Shown piece by piece: positions 17,561 to 26,668 of a stretch of 64,000 bases of DNA. This DNA comes from Eubacteriales bacterium (lineage in GTDB: Bacteria; Bacillota; Clostridia; Oscillospirales; CAG-272): positions 594 through 64,593 of the forward strand of contig JAZREL010000076.1 of assembly GCA_045660785.1 (NCBI GenBank), written 5' to 3'. Under the pieces are notes generated by a model. It was given only the letters and a program-made list of their open reading frames with translations. It ran no database searches and was not told where the DNA came from. How positions within the stretch are numbered: the first letter of the stretch is position 1; the number at the start of each line of letters is the position of its first letter. A program made the position numbers and the translations under genes.

Positions 17561-18970
17561 ATGCTTAAAATGACCTTGGATTTTGAAGAAAATATAAGAA
17601 TAATAGACAACCGTCTTCGCCCGAAGGAGAGCTTTGATATAATCAAGCGCGAAATGGAGATAAACGGCGAAAAGGTAGTTATGTACTACGTTGACGGCTT
17701 CGTGACAAGCGCGCTTATGCAAAAGCTTATTATGCACCTTACAACCGTGAAGGATTTTGGAAACGGTGAAAAGGGCGCGTGCGAAAAATTTGCAAAAACC
17801 GTGCCAAGCGTCGAGGTTGATACCGCATACGACGTTGAAGCTATTGTAACGGCAGTGCTATCGGGCTGCTCGGCAATTTTGGCAGGCGGCTTCGGTGACG
17901 GCGCAATTATAGTTGACGCGCGCTCATACCCCGCAAGAAGCACTGACGAGCCCGAAAACGACAGAGTAATGCGCGGCGCACGTGATGGCTTTGTCGAAAC
18001 GCTTATTTTTAATACCGCAATGATAAGGCGCAGAATCCGCGCGCCCGAGCTGACCGTAAAATATATGTGTGTGGGTGAGCTTTCAAAACCCGACCTTGCC
18101 GTTGTTTATCTTGACAAACAAGCCGACCCTGTCTTCGTAAATAGCATAATTAAGAAAATAGAGAATATAAAAACAGACGCCTTGCCTATGGGACACCAAA
18201 GTCTTGTCGAGTGCTTAATAAAAAAGCGCTCCCTAAACCCATTTCCAAGGGTCAGATGCACAGAAAGACCCGATTGTGCCTGCGCCTCTATATTAGAGGG
18301 CAGCGTTATAATTCTTTGCGACACCTCTCCTGAGGCGATAATTTTGCCAACCTCAATTTTTGACTTTTTGCAGGACACCGACGATTATTATTACACACCC
18401 GTAACGGGCACTTATTTGCGCCTTGTCCGTCAGCTTGTTTTTTGGAGCGCGGTGGTTCTGACACCAATATGGTATTACCTTGCAACCAACCCGAGAATAG
18501 TGCCCGAGTGGCTCTATTTCGTCGTGCCCGAGGAAACGGGTGCCGTGCCTATTTTAATTCAGCTTTTGCTTGTTGAATTTGTCGTTGACGGCTTGAAGCT
18601 TGCTTCCTTAAACACCCCAAGCGTAATGTCAAATTCCTTTGGCGTTATCGGCGGACTTTTGCTTGGTGACTTTGCCGTCGAGGTCGGTTGGCTCAGCCCC
18701 GACGTCATTTTCTATATGGCAATTGTGTCAATGGCAAGCTTCACACAGTCAAACTACGAGCTTGGCTACGCCTTAAAATTCGTAAGAATAATAACGCTTA
18801 TCTTGGTTGCCTTCCTTGGCGTGTGGGGACTTCTCCTTGGCGCACTTGTCGGCATTTTCTTAATTGTCACAACCAAAACGCTCAACCATAAGCGCTCGTA
18901 CCTTTACCCCTTGTTTCCCTTCAACCCATGGGCGCTTTCCCGCCTCGTCTTTCGCCGCCACAAGCAGTGA
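17561..18970 (+). CDS. Spore germination protein, GerA/SpoVAF family (A subunit), orphan
   Basis: 469 aa with GerA-family architecture: a soluble N-terminal domain plus a C-terminal 4-5 TM region. No GerB or GerC partners are adjacent. Confidence 0.85.
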   Translation: MLKMTLDFEENIRIIDNRLRPKESFDIIKREMEINGEKVVMYYVDGFVTSALMQKLIMHLTTVKDFGNGEKGACEKFAKTVPSVEVDTAYDVEAIVTAVLSGCSAILAGGFGDGAIIVDARSYPARSTDEPENDRVMRGARDGFVETLIFNTAMIRRRIRAPELTVKYMCVGELSKPDLAVVYLDKQADPVFVNSIIKKIENIKTDALPMGHQSLVECLIKKRSLNPFPRVRCTERPDCACASILEGSVIILCDTSPEAIILPTSIFDFLQDTDDYYYTPVTGTYLRLVRQLVFWSAVVLTPIWYYLATNPRIVPEWLYFVVPEETGAVPILIQLLLVEFVVDGLKLASLNTPSVMSNSFGVIGGLLLGDFAVEVGWLSPDVIFYMAIVSMASFTQSNYELGYALKFVRIITLILVAFLGVWGLLLGALVGIFLIVTTKTLNHKRSYLYPLFPFNPWALSRLVFRRHKQ

Positions 18971-19037
18971 ACCCCCCAAGCTCAATGCTTCGCTTCGGGG
19001 AACCCCTTGACGTGAACCCCCAAAGCTCAATGCTTCG
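18967..19037 (+). repeat. Two copies of a 26-nt direct repeat, 45 nt apart
   Basis: GTGAACCCCCCAAGCTCAATGCTTCG at 18967-18992 and GTGAACCCCCAAAGCTCAATGCTTCG at 19012-19037, with 25 of 26 positions identical. Copy 1 overlaps the stop codon. Confidence 0.8.
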
Positions 19038-19057
19038 GAAAATCTCGAATAAAAAGA

Positions 19058-19085
19058 GAAGTGCAAGCCGAAAAGCTTGCACTTC
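19058..19085. terminator. Bidirectional terminator
   Basis: An 11-bp perfect stem gaagtgcaagc/gcttgcacttc between convergent genes. Confidence 0.8.
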
Positions 19086-19102
19086 CTATTATTTTATTAA
19101 AA

Positions 19103-21319
19103 TTAAAGCTGATCAGGGTCAATGTAGTCAGGGTTGGTTGCAAAGATTTCGTATTCTGAAATCTTGTGTGTTCTTGCATCGTTAGTCCACTTAAGTGACA
19201 AAACTGTGATAACAATCTTTTGCACCTTAATGGGCTGTTGATCCTCAATTGCTTCGAAAACTACAATCTGCTCGCCCTCGGGCTGTCCTGACGTATTGGC
19301 AACAAAGTCTTCGTTTCTGAATACCTCATTTCCGTCAGCGTCGTAGAATACGTGGGATGAGATTGTCCAGTTACCCATTGCGTAACCGTAAACAAGCTGA
19401 ACTTCCATTTCTTCATTAAGTATAATTGTTAAGGATTGACCTTCTGTTGCGAACCATTCGCCCTTATTGTCGCTGTAAATACCGCCTGTTTTCTTAACAC
19501 CGTCAAATAGCGCAGTGGCATATTCCGATCTTTCCGTTGCATAAACCTCGGAAATATTATCAAGTGTTACAAGCTTAGTTGGCTCGTTGTCACCAACTGC
19601 CCATCTTGCATAAACGGTAATATCGCCCGAAAGACCGTCAGTTGTCTTAATTCTTTCTGTCTTCGCCTCGTCCTTGTACCAAGCGATAACGGAGTATTCA
19701 CCTGCATAAGCAGTAACAAACTCAACAGGGTTTACAATGTCGTAGTAAGTTGGGTTGTTGTTTGCAACTACGTAGTTTTCAACCAAATCACCGTAAACGT
19801 AGTTGATTGTGTAGTTTGCAAGTGTAAACTTAGCGTAAGCAACAATGTCTGAAGGATTTTCAGGGTCAATTACTATCTCTGAAATTGGATTTTCCCAAAG
19901 TCCTTCGTAAGGATGGCTTGTGAACCAACCGCCAAATTCGTAGCCGAACTTTGAAAGGGTAGGAAGCACGTATGTGCCTCTGTCGTTAATTGTGTATGAT
20001 GTGATAGCGTCAGATGGCATTGACTCGCCCTCTGTTGCGTATGTAATCTTGTATATAATAAGTGTTGTACGTGCTTCAAGAGTAAGTGAACCCTCGTTTT
20101 CACCTGGAACAAGTGCCTCAAGCTTTGTGTCTGTGCCTTTGATGTACCAACCTGTAAATGCGTAGCCCGTTGTTGAAACGGTAGGAGCAATAAAGGTAAA
20201 TTCTGTTTCAACGGTGTATTCAGAGATGTTGTCATCGCTGTTTGTAAGACCGATAGGCAATTCATAAGTAATCTTGAATGGCAAAATCTTAAATGAGGCA
20301 TAAACTGTAACGTCTTCCTCTGTGCCAAGTGGAATCTTTTCAAAAGGAACTGTAAGCTCCTCGTCCATAAACCAACCAAGGAAGTCGTAGCCGTCGCGTA
20401 TAGGTGTGGAAAGGACTACCTCATCCTCAACGTTAAAGCTTGTTGGGTTGTTGTTTGTGGCATTTCCCATATTAACGTAATTGATGTTGTATCTTACAAG
20501 CTCAAAGTTAGCAACAAGAGTAATGTCACCGAGTAAATTCTTTGTGCTTTCAATCTTTTCGCCGTTAACTGTCCATCCCTCAAAGGTGTAGCCCTCTTTG
20601 GATGGGTCAGCAAATGTCACAACTGACTCAATAGTGTAGGAGTCGGGGTTGGTCTCTGCGTTTGTGCCGCCGTTCAACTCATAGGTGATGGAGTAGTTGG
20701 CAGGAGCCCAAACCGCGTAAAGAGAATTGTACTTGTTAATTCCCATTGTAAAGTCAGCGCCGTCAGCGTAAACCACCTCGCCGCCCATCTTTGTTGCCCA
20801 ACCAAGAAAATCGTAGCCCGTTTTAACGAGTGTGCAAGCGTTAAGCGCTACTGTTGTGTCAGAAGGGATAACAACGGGGTCCATTGTGTTTTCCGCACCG
20901 TTTGGAATGAATGCAAGATTGTTGTTGTTTGGCTTCCAATCAGCAACTATTGTCATATCTGTTGTAATCGCACCGGGTACCCATGATTTGCCCTCGCAAA
21001 GCCAGCCCTTGAATTCGTAACCTGTTTTTGCAGGATTACGTGGGATTCTTCTTACAACGTCGTTGTATTTAACAACCTCGATTACGTCCTCTGTGCCGTT
21101 ATTAAGAACGAAAACAACAGTACACTCCGTTGGTGTAACCGGTTTTTGGTCCTCTGTATCTGTGCTTGTGTCAGAGCTTGTGTCTGTATTTGTGCTTGTG
21201 TCTGCGTTTGTATTTGTGTTGGTGCTTGTGTCGGTATTATCGCCGCCGCAGGAAACAACAAAAATCGCTACAAGAACAAGAAGCACGCAAACAAGCACGC
21301 TTAATAATTTTTTGTTCAT
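19103..21319 (-). CDS. Cell-surface lipoprotein with Listeria-Bacteroides (Flg_new) repeats and a C-terminal beta-sandwich (discoidin-like) domain
   Basis: Signal peptide plus lipobox (VVSCGG), a T/D/N/S-rich linker, at least 5 repeats bearing GY(E/D/T/A)F.GW, and 738 aa in total. Confidence 0.8.
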   Translation of the reverse strand: MNKKLLSVLVCVLLVLVAIFVVSCGGDNTDTSTNTNTNADTSTNTDTSSDTSTDTEDQKPVTPTECTVVFVLNNGTEDVIEVVKYNDVVRRIPRNPAKTGYEFKGWLCEGKSWVPGAITTDMTIVADWKPNNNNLAFIPNGAENTMDPVVIPSDTTVALNACTLVKTGYDFLGWATKMGGEVVYADGADFTMGINKYNSLYAVWAPANYSITYELNGGTNAETNPDSYTIESVVTFADPSKEGYTFEGWTVNGEKIESTKNLLGDITLVANFELVRYNINYVNMGNATNNNPTSFNVEDEVVLSTPIRDGYDFLGWFMDEELTVPFEKIPLGTEEDVTVYASFKILPFKITYELPIGLTNSDDNISEYTVETEFTFIAPTVSTTGYAFTGWYIKGTDTKLEALVPGENEGSLTLEARTTLIIYKITYATEGESMPSDAITSYTINDRGTYVLPTLSKFGYEFGGWFTSHPYEGLWENPISEIVIDPENPSDIVAYAKFTLANYTINYVYGDLVENYVVANNNPTYYDIVNPVEFVTAYAGEYSVIAWYKDEAKTERIKTTDGLSGDITVYARWAVGDNEPTKLVTLDNISEVYATERSEYATALFDGVKKTGGIYSDNKGEWFATEGQSLTIILNEEMEVQLVYGYAMGNWTISSHVFYDADGNEVFRNEDFVANTSGQPEGEQIVVFEAIEDQQPIKVQKIVITVLSLKWTNDARTHKISEYEIFATNPDYIDPDQL

Positions 21320-21353
21320 TTTTGTCCTCCAAAAGATAATAATTTATAATTAT

Positions 21354-21382
21354 ATTATATATTCGCGCCCGCAGTTTGTCAA
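21354..21382 (-). promoter_or_regulatory. Consensus sigma-A promoter (TTGACA-17-TATAAT) for the surface lipoprotein gene
   Basis: Both hexamers are perfect on the minus strand with a 17-nt spacer, about 35 nt upstream of the ATG. Confidence 0.7.
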
Positions 21383-21424
21383 GCAATAATAGAAAATACG
21401 ATAAATTACACATAATAACGTGGG

Positions 21425-21653
21425 GAAATTTGTGCAAAATGCACAATACAAGCGGTGCTTGTAAATGAATTGCGCAAACGCATGAATTGAAGCAGAGCTT
21501 CATGAATTGTCACAAAGCGACATGAATTGCGCCTTTGGTGCATAAATTGAGGCAATACCGCATTGAAGCATCATATGGCGTAGCCAATTCATAATGTGTT
21601 AACGTCAATTTATTAAAATACAGTTTTCAATTTATGTGATTTATCACAATTCA
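21425..21653. repeat. Micro-hairpin array, family 1, locus A (about 11 units; orientation flips at ~21570)
   Basis: CATGAATTG or CATAAATTG recurs at 21481, 21501, 21521 and 21541, an exact 20-nt period. CAATTCAT or CAATTTAT (the reverse complement) recurs at 21585, 21606, 21628 and 21647. The spacers are short palindromes closed by TG...CA. Confidence 0.85.
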
Positions 21654-21654
21654 G

Positions 21655-21686
21655 TAAAAAAGAGCCCACCCCGTGAGCTCTTTTTA
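21655..21686. terminator. Terminator after ruvB (bidirectional shape)
   Basis: agagc-cac/gtg-gctct hairpin flanked by A6 and T5 runs. Confidence 0.65.
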
Positions 21687-21690
21687 CTAT

Positions 21691-22740
21691 TTATCCCTCA
21701 ATTTTCATTTGAGTTGCGCCGCCTTGAAAGGGAAGGCCAAGGTGGTCGTAAGCCAAGCGCGTTACACATCTGCCCTTAGGGGTGCGGCTAAGGAAGCCGA
21801 TTTGCATAAGATACGGCTCGTAAACGTCCTCAATTGTGATTGCTTCCTCGCCGATTGTTGCCGCCAAGGTTTCAAGTCCGACAGGGCCGCCGCCGTAAAA
21901 TTTGATAATGGTTTCAAGAATTTTTCTGTCAATGTTGTCAAGTCCAAGGTCGTCAATTTCAAGTGCCGAAAGTGCCATTTTTGCAATTTCAAGCGTAATT
22001 TTGCCGTCGCCCTTTACCTGCGCGTAGTCGCGTACACGCTTAAGGAGACGGTTTGCAATACGAGGGGTTCCGCGTGAGCGTGAGGCAATTTCCTTTGCGC
22101 CCTCGCTGTCAATTCCAACCTCTAAAAGAGAAGCACTGCGCGTAATAATGGTTGCAAGCTCGTCCGCGTTATAAAGCTCCAAGCGCAAAAGCACGCCAAA
22201 GCGGTCGCGAAGCGGAGTGGTGAGCTGTCCTGCACGTGTCGTTGCACCCACTAAGGTGAAGCGAGGAAGCGGCACACGTACGCTTCTTGCCGCAGGACCC
22301 TTGCCTATAATAATATCAAGCACGTAGTCCTCCATTGCAGGGTAAAGAATTTCCTCAATAGAGCGTGAAAGACGGTGAATTTCGTCGATAAATAAAACGT
22401 CCCCGGGGGCAAGATTGGTTAAAATCGCCGCCAAATCACCCGGCTTTTCAATTGCAGGGCCCGACGTTACTCTGAAATTAACGCCCATTTCGTTTGCAAT
22501 AATGCCCGAAAGCGTTGTCTTACCAAGACCGGGAGGGCCGTAGAGAAGCACGTGGTCAAGCGCGTCGCCTCTGCCCTTAGCCGCGTCAATATAAACCTTA
22601 AGCATTTCCTTGACCTTTTCCTGACCGATGTAGTCCTCAAATGCCTTTGGGCGCAAGCTGACCTCAACCTCGGTGTCCTCGCCCGTCATTTCGGTTGAAA
22701 CTATTCGGTTTTCAAAGTCAAATTCTGTTTCCTCAATCAT
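21691..22740 (-). CDS. ruvB: Holliday junction branch migration helicase RuvB
   Basis: 349 aa. GPPGLGKTT Walker A, DEIHR Walker B, and RuvB-specific C-terminal domains. Confidence 0.97.
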   Translation of the reverse strand: MIEETEFDFENRIVSTEMTGEDTEVEVSLRPKAFEDYIGQEKVKEMLKVYIDAAKGRGDALDHVLLYGPPGLGKTTLSGIIANEMGVNFRVTSGPAIEKPGDLAAILTNLAPGDVLFIDEIHRLSRSIEEILYPAMEDYVLDIIIGKGPAARSVRVPLPRFTLVGATTRAGQLTTPLRDRFGVLLRLELYNADELATIITRSASLLEVGIDSEGAKEIASRSRGTPRIANRLLKRVRDYAQVKGDGKITLEIAKMALSALEIDDLGLDNIDRKILETIIKFYGGGPVGLETLAATIGEEAITIEDVYEPYLMQIGFLSRTPKGRCVTRLAYDHLGLPFQGGATQMKIEG

Positions 22741-22754
22741 TGCTTACTCCCTCC

Positions 22755-23363
22755 TTATCTCATCAGCTTGGCAAGTGCCAGCGGAATAATTTTTGAAACG
22801 TCCAATTTCGGGTCAATGCCTCCAAGCGCCCTTTGTGCATCGCTTCTTGAATAGCCAAGCACCACAAGTGCCTCAAGCGCCTCGGAAAGGTTAGAGCCCT
22901 TTGTTACCGCTACGCTCGGTGCGCCGACTGATACGTCACTCTCACCGCCAAACGGAAGCTTAACAATCTTGTCCTTAAGCTCTAAAACAACACGCGCCGC
23001 GGTCTTTGGTCCAATGCCTGATGCCTTTGCGATAGCTTTTGTGTCCTCGCTTGAAATAGCCATAGACAAGCGGTCGGGGGTTAAAAGAGAGAGAATAGCC
23101 ATTGCCGCCTTAGGGCCAACGCCCGAAACGGTGATAAGAAGCTTGAATGCGCTAAGCTCCTCGCTCGTCTTAAAGCCAAAGAGGTCAACGCCGTCCTCAC
23201 TTACCTTTAGGTAAGTTAAAAGCTTCATTTTTTGTCCGATGTGAGATACAACCGCGCTATACGTGTTGTCACTGACTATAAGCTTATAGCCAACGCCCAT
23301 ACAGTCGATAACGCAAAAGCCGCTCTCGCAGTATTCAAGTGTTCCGTTAACGTGATAAATCAT
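22755..23363 (-). CDS. ruvA: Holliday junction DNA-binding protein RuvA
   Basis: 202 aa. Tandem HhH motifs (VSGVGPKAA, ASGIGPKTA) and a C-terminal domain III. Confidence 0.95.
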   Translation of the reverse strand: MIYHVNGTLEYCESGFCVIDCMGVGYKLIVSDNTYSAVVSHIGQKMKLLTYLKVSEDGVDLFGFKTSEELSAFKLLITVSGVGPKAAMAILSLLTPDRLSMAISSEDTKAIAKASGIGPKTAARVVLELKDKIVKLPFGGESDVSVGAPSVAVTKGSNLSEALEALVVLGYSRSDAQRALGGIDPKLDVSKIIPLALAKLMR

Positions 23364-25792
23364 ATAATTTCGCCCTTTCTGTTCCTTTTACGGCGTAAAT
23401 TTACTATAAATTCTAAAACAACAAGCAGTGAAAAAATCAAACATCCAAGCCCTGTTATAGAAAGCCCGATATACCATTGCATCGGTACGTATTTCATTTC
23501 AATCGTATGCTCGCCCGCTTCAATATCGAAGGCAACGGTTGCATCAAGACATTTGTAGGTTTGGGTGCGCTCCCCGTCCACGTAAACCTGCCACATTTTA
23601 TCATAGGGCAGAGTGGTAAAGACGATTTGTCCCTCCTTAGCTGTCAACGTGCCGCTGATTTTTGTGTCGGTGACGCTTGAATTTTTAAGCGCGCCCTCCA
23701 TAAAGAGAGGATAAATTCTTTCAAGCTTTTTCTCCGTTACGTTTGAGCCAAGGTCCTGATCAAGCATAAGGTCGGCAATATAGAGTGTAAAATTCTGCGC
23801 ACTCATTTGGCGCGTCATATCCGCCTCTAAAATTTTTTCGCTCACCGCATACATAATGGGAAGAGCATACTTGTTTTCATATACGGTATATTTTCCGTCA
23901 AGCACCGCTATTTCCTTGTATATATTGCTTTTTACTATTTCGTCGGGCTTGTCGTTTATAAGCTCGTCGGAAATAACGTATTTAATTCCCAAAAGGGAAT
24001 CGGCAAGCTCGTTTGAAAACCTATATAGCGCGCTTTGGTCCTGCGTTTTGTAGCCAAGCTTTTTAAGAAGGTCCTTCGCGCCCTTATTGTAGGTAGAGGT
24101 AAACTCGGAAACTCCGTTTATGTTAAGCACGAGGTTGTCGTTTGACTTTCTTGAGAAAAGACGCTCGGCTCTGAAAAAGCCGTCGATTTCCCTTTCTTCT
24201 AAAAACTCGGAAATTACGTCTTGTGAGTTCTTGAAGCTGTCGTAATTTGCTTTTGTGGAAAGCCCCGCGTCGTCAAACTGTCCAACCCATGAAAGGCAGG
24301 AGCCGACAAGCGCCTCGGTGCAAACGAATGCACAAAGAATAATCGACAAAGCACGTGTTTTTGATTTTTTGCTTTTGAGTAGGTATAAAATAATTAAGTA
24401 AATTCCAAGGAGCAAGGCGGTAAGCCAAACGGCGGTTAAGCCGATATTATATTCAGTTGCCTTATCTCCGTCGTATCTTGTTAGGTCCGCGGTTTTTTGT
24501 GCGACAAACAAAATTCCCATAAGCACACCGGACACTATGGCAAAATACTTAAATTTAACCTCGCTTATTCTTTCGTAAGCGCGGTACGCCATAATAAGAA
24601 TAATGAACGAGAAAATAAAGCTGTATCTGTAATTTAACCAAACGGGTACGCTAAAGCCGTGCCAAGCAAGATTGAACGTATTAACCGTGAAGCTTGCCAA
24701 AAATACGGTCACAAGCACGCCGTAGCCAATCTTTTCACGAAGCTTGATTTTTTTTGACATAAAGAAAAGAGGAAGCAAAAGCAGTGTAAGAGTGCCTGCA
24801 TAAATATGCGGCTTGCCCTCGGGCCTAAACGTGTCAAACGTGCCGATAAACATCTTTGCAATTATATCAATAAAATCAATGTTGACAGTAAATGCAAGCT
24901 TTGTTGGGTCAATGCCGTCGCTCTTTCCAAAGCTAAGAGAGTAAACTGCGCAAAGAAGCACGCCTGCCGCCATTAAAAGCATAAGGCAGGTATATAAGAA
25001 AAATCTTAACGATGATTTAAGCAAATGAAGCTTAACTCCGTTTGGGTTTCTTTCGTCCCTTGAATGTGAGGCAAGGAAAAACACAAAATAGAGTGCGGCA
25101 AAAATGCAAAGCATATAGCCGATATAGTAGTTAGACCAAATCCCAACGGAGAGGGAAATAACAAAAAGCTTGAATTTTCCTTCTCTTATAAGCGCCCTTA
25201 TGCCAAGCGCAATCATAGGAAGCCAAATAAGCGCGTCCATCCACATAATGTTCGTTTGGTACGCGGTTGCATAAGCGCAAAATGCGTAAAGCACGGAAAA
25301 GGTGCTAAAGCCAATTGAGTTTACGGGTCTTGTTTTATAAAGAAAAATACAGAAAGAGAGGGAAGCAAGCGCGCTTTTAAGCACCATCATAACGCCGATT
25401 GCTTCAACAATCATTGTATCGGGGAAAAGCACCACGATAAAGGAAAGGGGTGAGGCGAGATAATAGGTGTAGTAGCCGAAGAATTCTCCGCCCAAGGAGC
25501 GCTCAAGAGTATAGAAAAAGGACTCCTTGCCCGTTAAAACGTCACGTAGCTGCTCGAAAAAATAAACGTACTGCGCGTTCATATCAAGTGCCAAATAGCT
25601 TGTCTTTCCAAAAAACATTCCCGTAAAAAGGAACGTAAGAAGCATAACTAAAATAGGCGTAAAGAACGCAAAGAGCATATATTTTTTCGTTAAAACCTTC
25701 GTTTTTAAAAAGCTTTCAAAAAAGCGAAGCAGCTTCTTTGGAAACGAGGTCTTATTTTCGATAATTGCAAGTTCGTTATTGCTCATTTTCAT
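23360..25792 (-). CDS. YfhO-family polytopic membrane protein (putative glycosyltransferase)
   Basis: 810 aa with about 13 TM segments followed by an extracytoplasmic C-terminal domain and a final TM. It overlaps ruvA by 4 nt and DUF951 by 17 nt. Confidence 0.8.
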   Translation of the reverse strand: MKMSNNELAIIENKTSFPKKLLRFFESFLKTKVLTKKYMLFAFFTPILVMLLTFLFTGMFFGKTSYLALDMNAQYVYFFEQLRDVLTGKESFFYTLERSLGGEFFGYYTYYLASPLSFIVVLFPDTMIVEAIGVMMVLKSALASLSFCIFLYKTRPVNSIGFSTFSVLYAFCAYATAYQTNIMWMDALIWLPMIALGIRALIREGKFKLFVISLSVGIWSNYYIGYMLCIFAALYFVFFLASHSRDERNPNGVKLHLLKSSLRFFLYTCLMLLMAAGVLLCAVYSLSFGKSDGIDPTKLAFTVNIDFIDIIAKMFIGTFDTFRPEGKPHIYAGTLTLLLLPLFFMSKKIKLREKIGYGVLVTVFLASFTVNTFNLAWHGFSVPVWLNYRYSFIFSFIILIMAYRAYERISEVKFKYFAIVSGVLMGILFVAQKTADLTRYDGDKATEYNIGLTAVWLTALLLGIYLIILYLLKSKKSKTRALSIILCAFVCTEALVGSCLSWVGQFDDAGLSTKANYDSFKNSQDVISEFLEEREIDGFFRAERLFSRKSNDNLVLNINGVSEFTSTYNKGAKDLLKKLGYKTQDQSALYRFSNELADSLLGIKYVISDELINDKPDEIVKSNIYKEIAVLDGKYTVYENKYALPIMYAVSEKILEADMTRQMSAQNFTLYIADLMLDQDLGSNVTEKKLERIYPLFMEGALKNSSVTDTKISGTLTAKEGQIVFTTLPYDKMWQVYVDGERTQTYKCLDATVAFDIEAGEHTIEMKYVPMQWYIGLSITGLGCLIFSLLVVLEFIVNLRRKRNRKGEII

Positions 25793-25982
25793 TACCTAAG
25801 TGAATTTTTTTAATCATTTTTTCAATTTTCAAGCGGTCAAGCGTTAGCGCCCTGCCGCATTCAAGACAGGAAATTTTTATATCGGCACCGACGCGCAAAA
25901 CCTTAAAAAGCTTGCCACCGCAGGGGTGCTGCTTCTTCATTTCGAGTATGTCGCCAACGTTTATTTGTGGAAAAGCACTCAT
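25776..25982 (-). CDS. DUF951 family protein
   Basis: 68 aa. VGDILEMKKQHPCGG...CLECGR is the typical DUF951 zinc-ribbon-like pattern. Confidence 0.8.
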   Translation of the reverse strand: MSAFPQINVGDILEMKKQHPCGGKLFKVLRVGADIKISCLECGRALTLDRLKIEKMIKKIHLGNENEQ

Positions 25983-26089
25983 GGAAAATTTCCTTTCTCG
26001 TTTAGTTAATCACAACCATTTTACCATATATAAAGTAAAATTTCAACATTAATTTATTTAATATTTTTCGCATTAATTTTATAATATAT

Positions 26090-26118
26090 TTGACATCGGG
26101 GAAAAAATGTGATAAAAT
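26090..26118 (+). promoter_or_regulatory. Sigma-A promoter (TTGACA-17-TAAAAT with extended -10 TG) for ruvC
   Basis: Hexamers and spacing were read directly from the sequence. Confidence 0.6.
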
Positions 26119-26163
26119 AATCTATAACGAATTTTTGAAAATCCTTGAAGGGGGAGTGCTTTT

Positions 26164-26661
26164 ATGGTCATTTTGGGGATAGACCCGGGCTTTGCCATTG
26201 TCGGTTGGGGTGTTTTGGAAAGCGTCAAGGGCAAATTCCGCGTGCTTGGCTACGGCTCCATTCAAACCAAGGCAGGCACACCAATTGAGGAGCGCCTTTC
26301 ACAGATTTTCGACGGTATGAACACAATAATCGATAAATATAAGCCCGATGCTATGGCAATTGAGGAGCTTTTTTGGAACACGAACCAAAAAACGGGTATC
26401 TGTGTTGCCGAGGCGCGCGGCACGATTTTAGTTGCGGCACATAAAAAGGGTCTTCAAATCGCGGAATATACACCGCTTCAGGTTAAGCAGTCTGTCGTTG
26501 GCTACGGCAGGGCGGAGAAAAAGCAGGTTATAACAATGGTTACAACGCTTCTTAACTTACCTAAGCCACCAAAGCCCGACGATACAGCCGATGCACTTGC
26601 ACTTGCAATTTGTCACGGCCACGCAAGCTCAAACGTACTTGGAAAATACTTTAAAATGTGA
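26164..26661 (+). CDS. ruvC: Crossover junction endodeoxyribonuclease RuvC
   Basis: 165 aa. The ILGIDPG catalytic Asp, the EE..W motif and a C-terminal DDTADALALAICH motif are present. Confidence 0.95.
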   Translation: MVILGIDPGFAIVGWGVLESVKGKFRVLGYGSIQTKAGTPIEERLSQIFDGMNTIIDKYKPDAMAIEELFWNTNQKTGICVAEARGTILVAAHKKGLQIAEYTPLQVKQSVVGYGRAEKKQVITMVTTLLNLPKPPKPDDTADALALAICHGHASSNVLGKYFKM

Positions 26662-26668
26662 GGAAATT

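Noticed and set aside
19873-20379. 168-aa alternative-frame ORF inside the surface-protein gene.
   Set aside because: It is same-strand and out of frame within a 738-aa gene that has clear domain repeats. There is no RBS, and the composition is that of an off-frame read.
21461-21562. Possible CRISPR array (regular repeat-spacer periodicity); the same question applies to 27561-27678.
   Set aside because: The conserved word is only 9 nt and the spacers only 9-11 nt, far below CRISPR repeat and spacer sizes. The spacers are self-complementary palindromes rather than foreign-looking sequence. No cas genes or leader are present.
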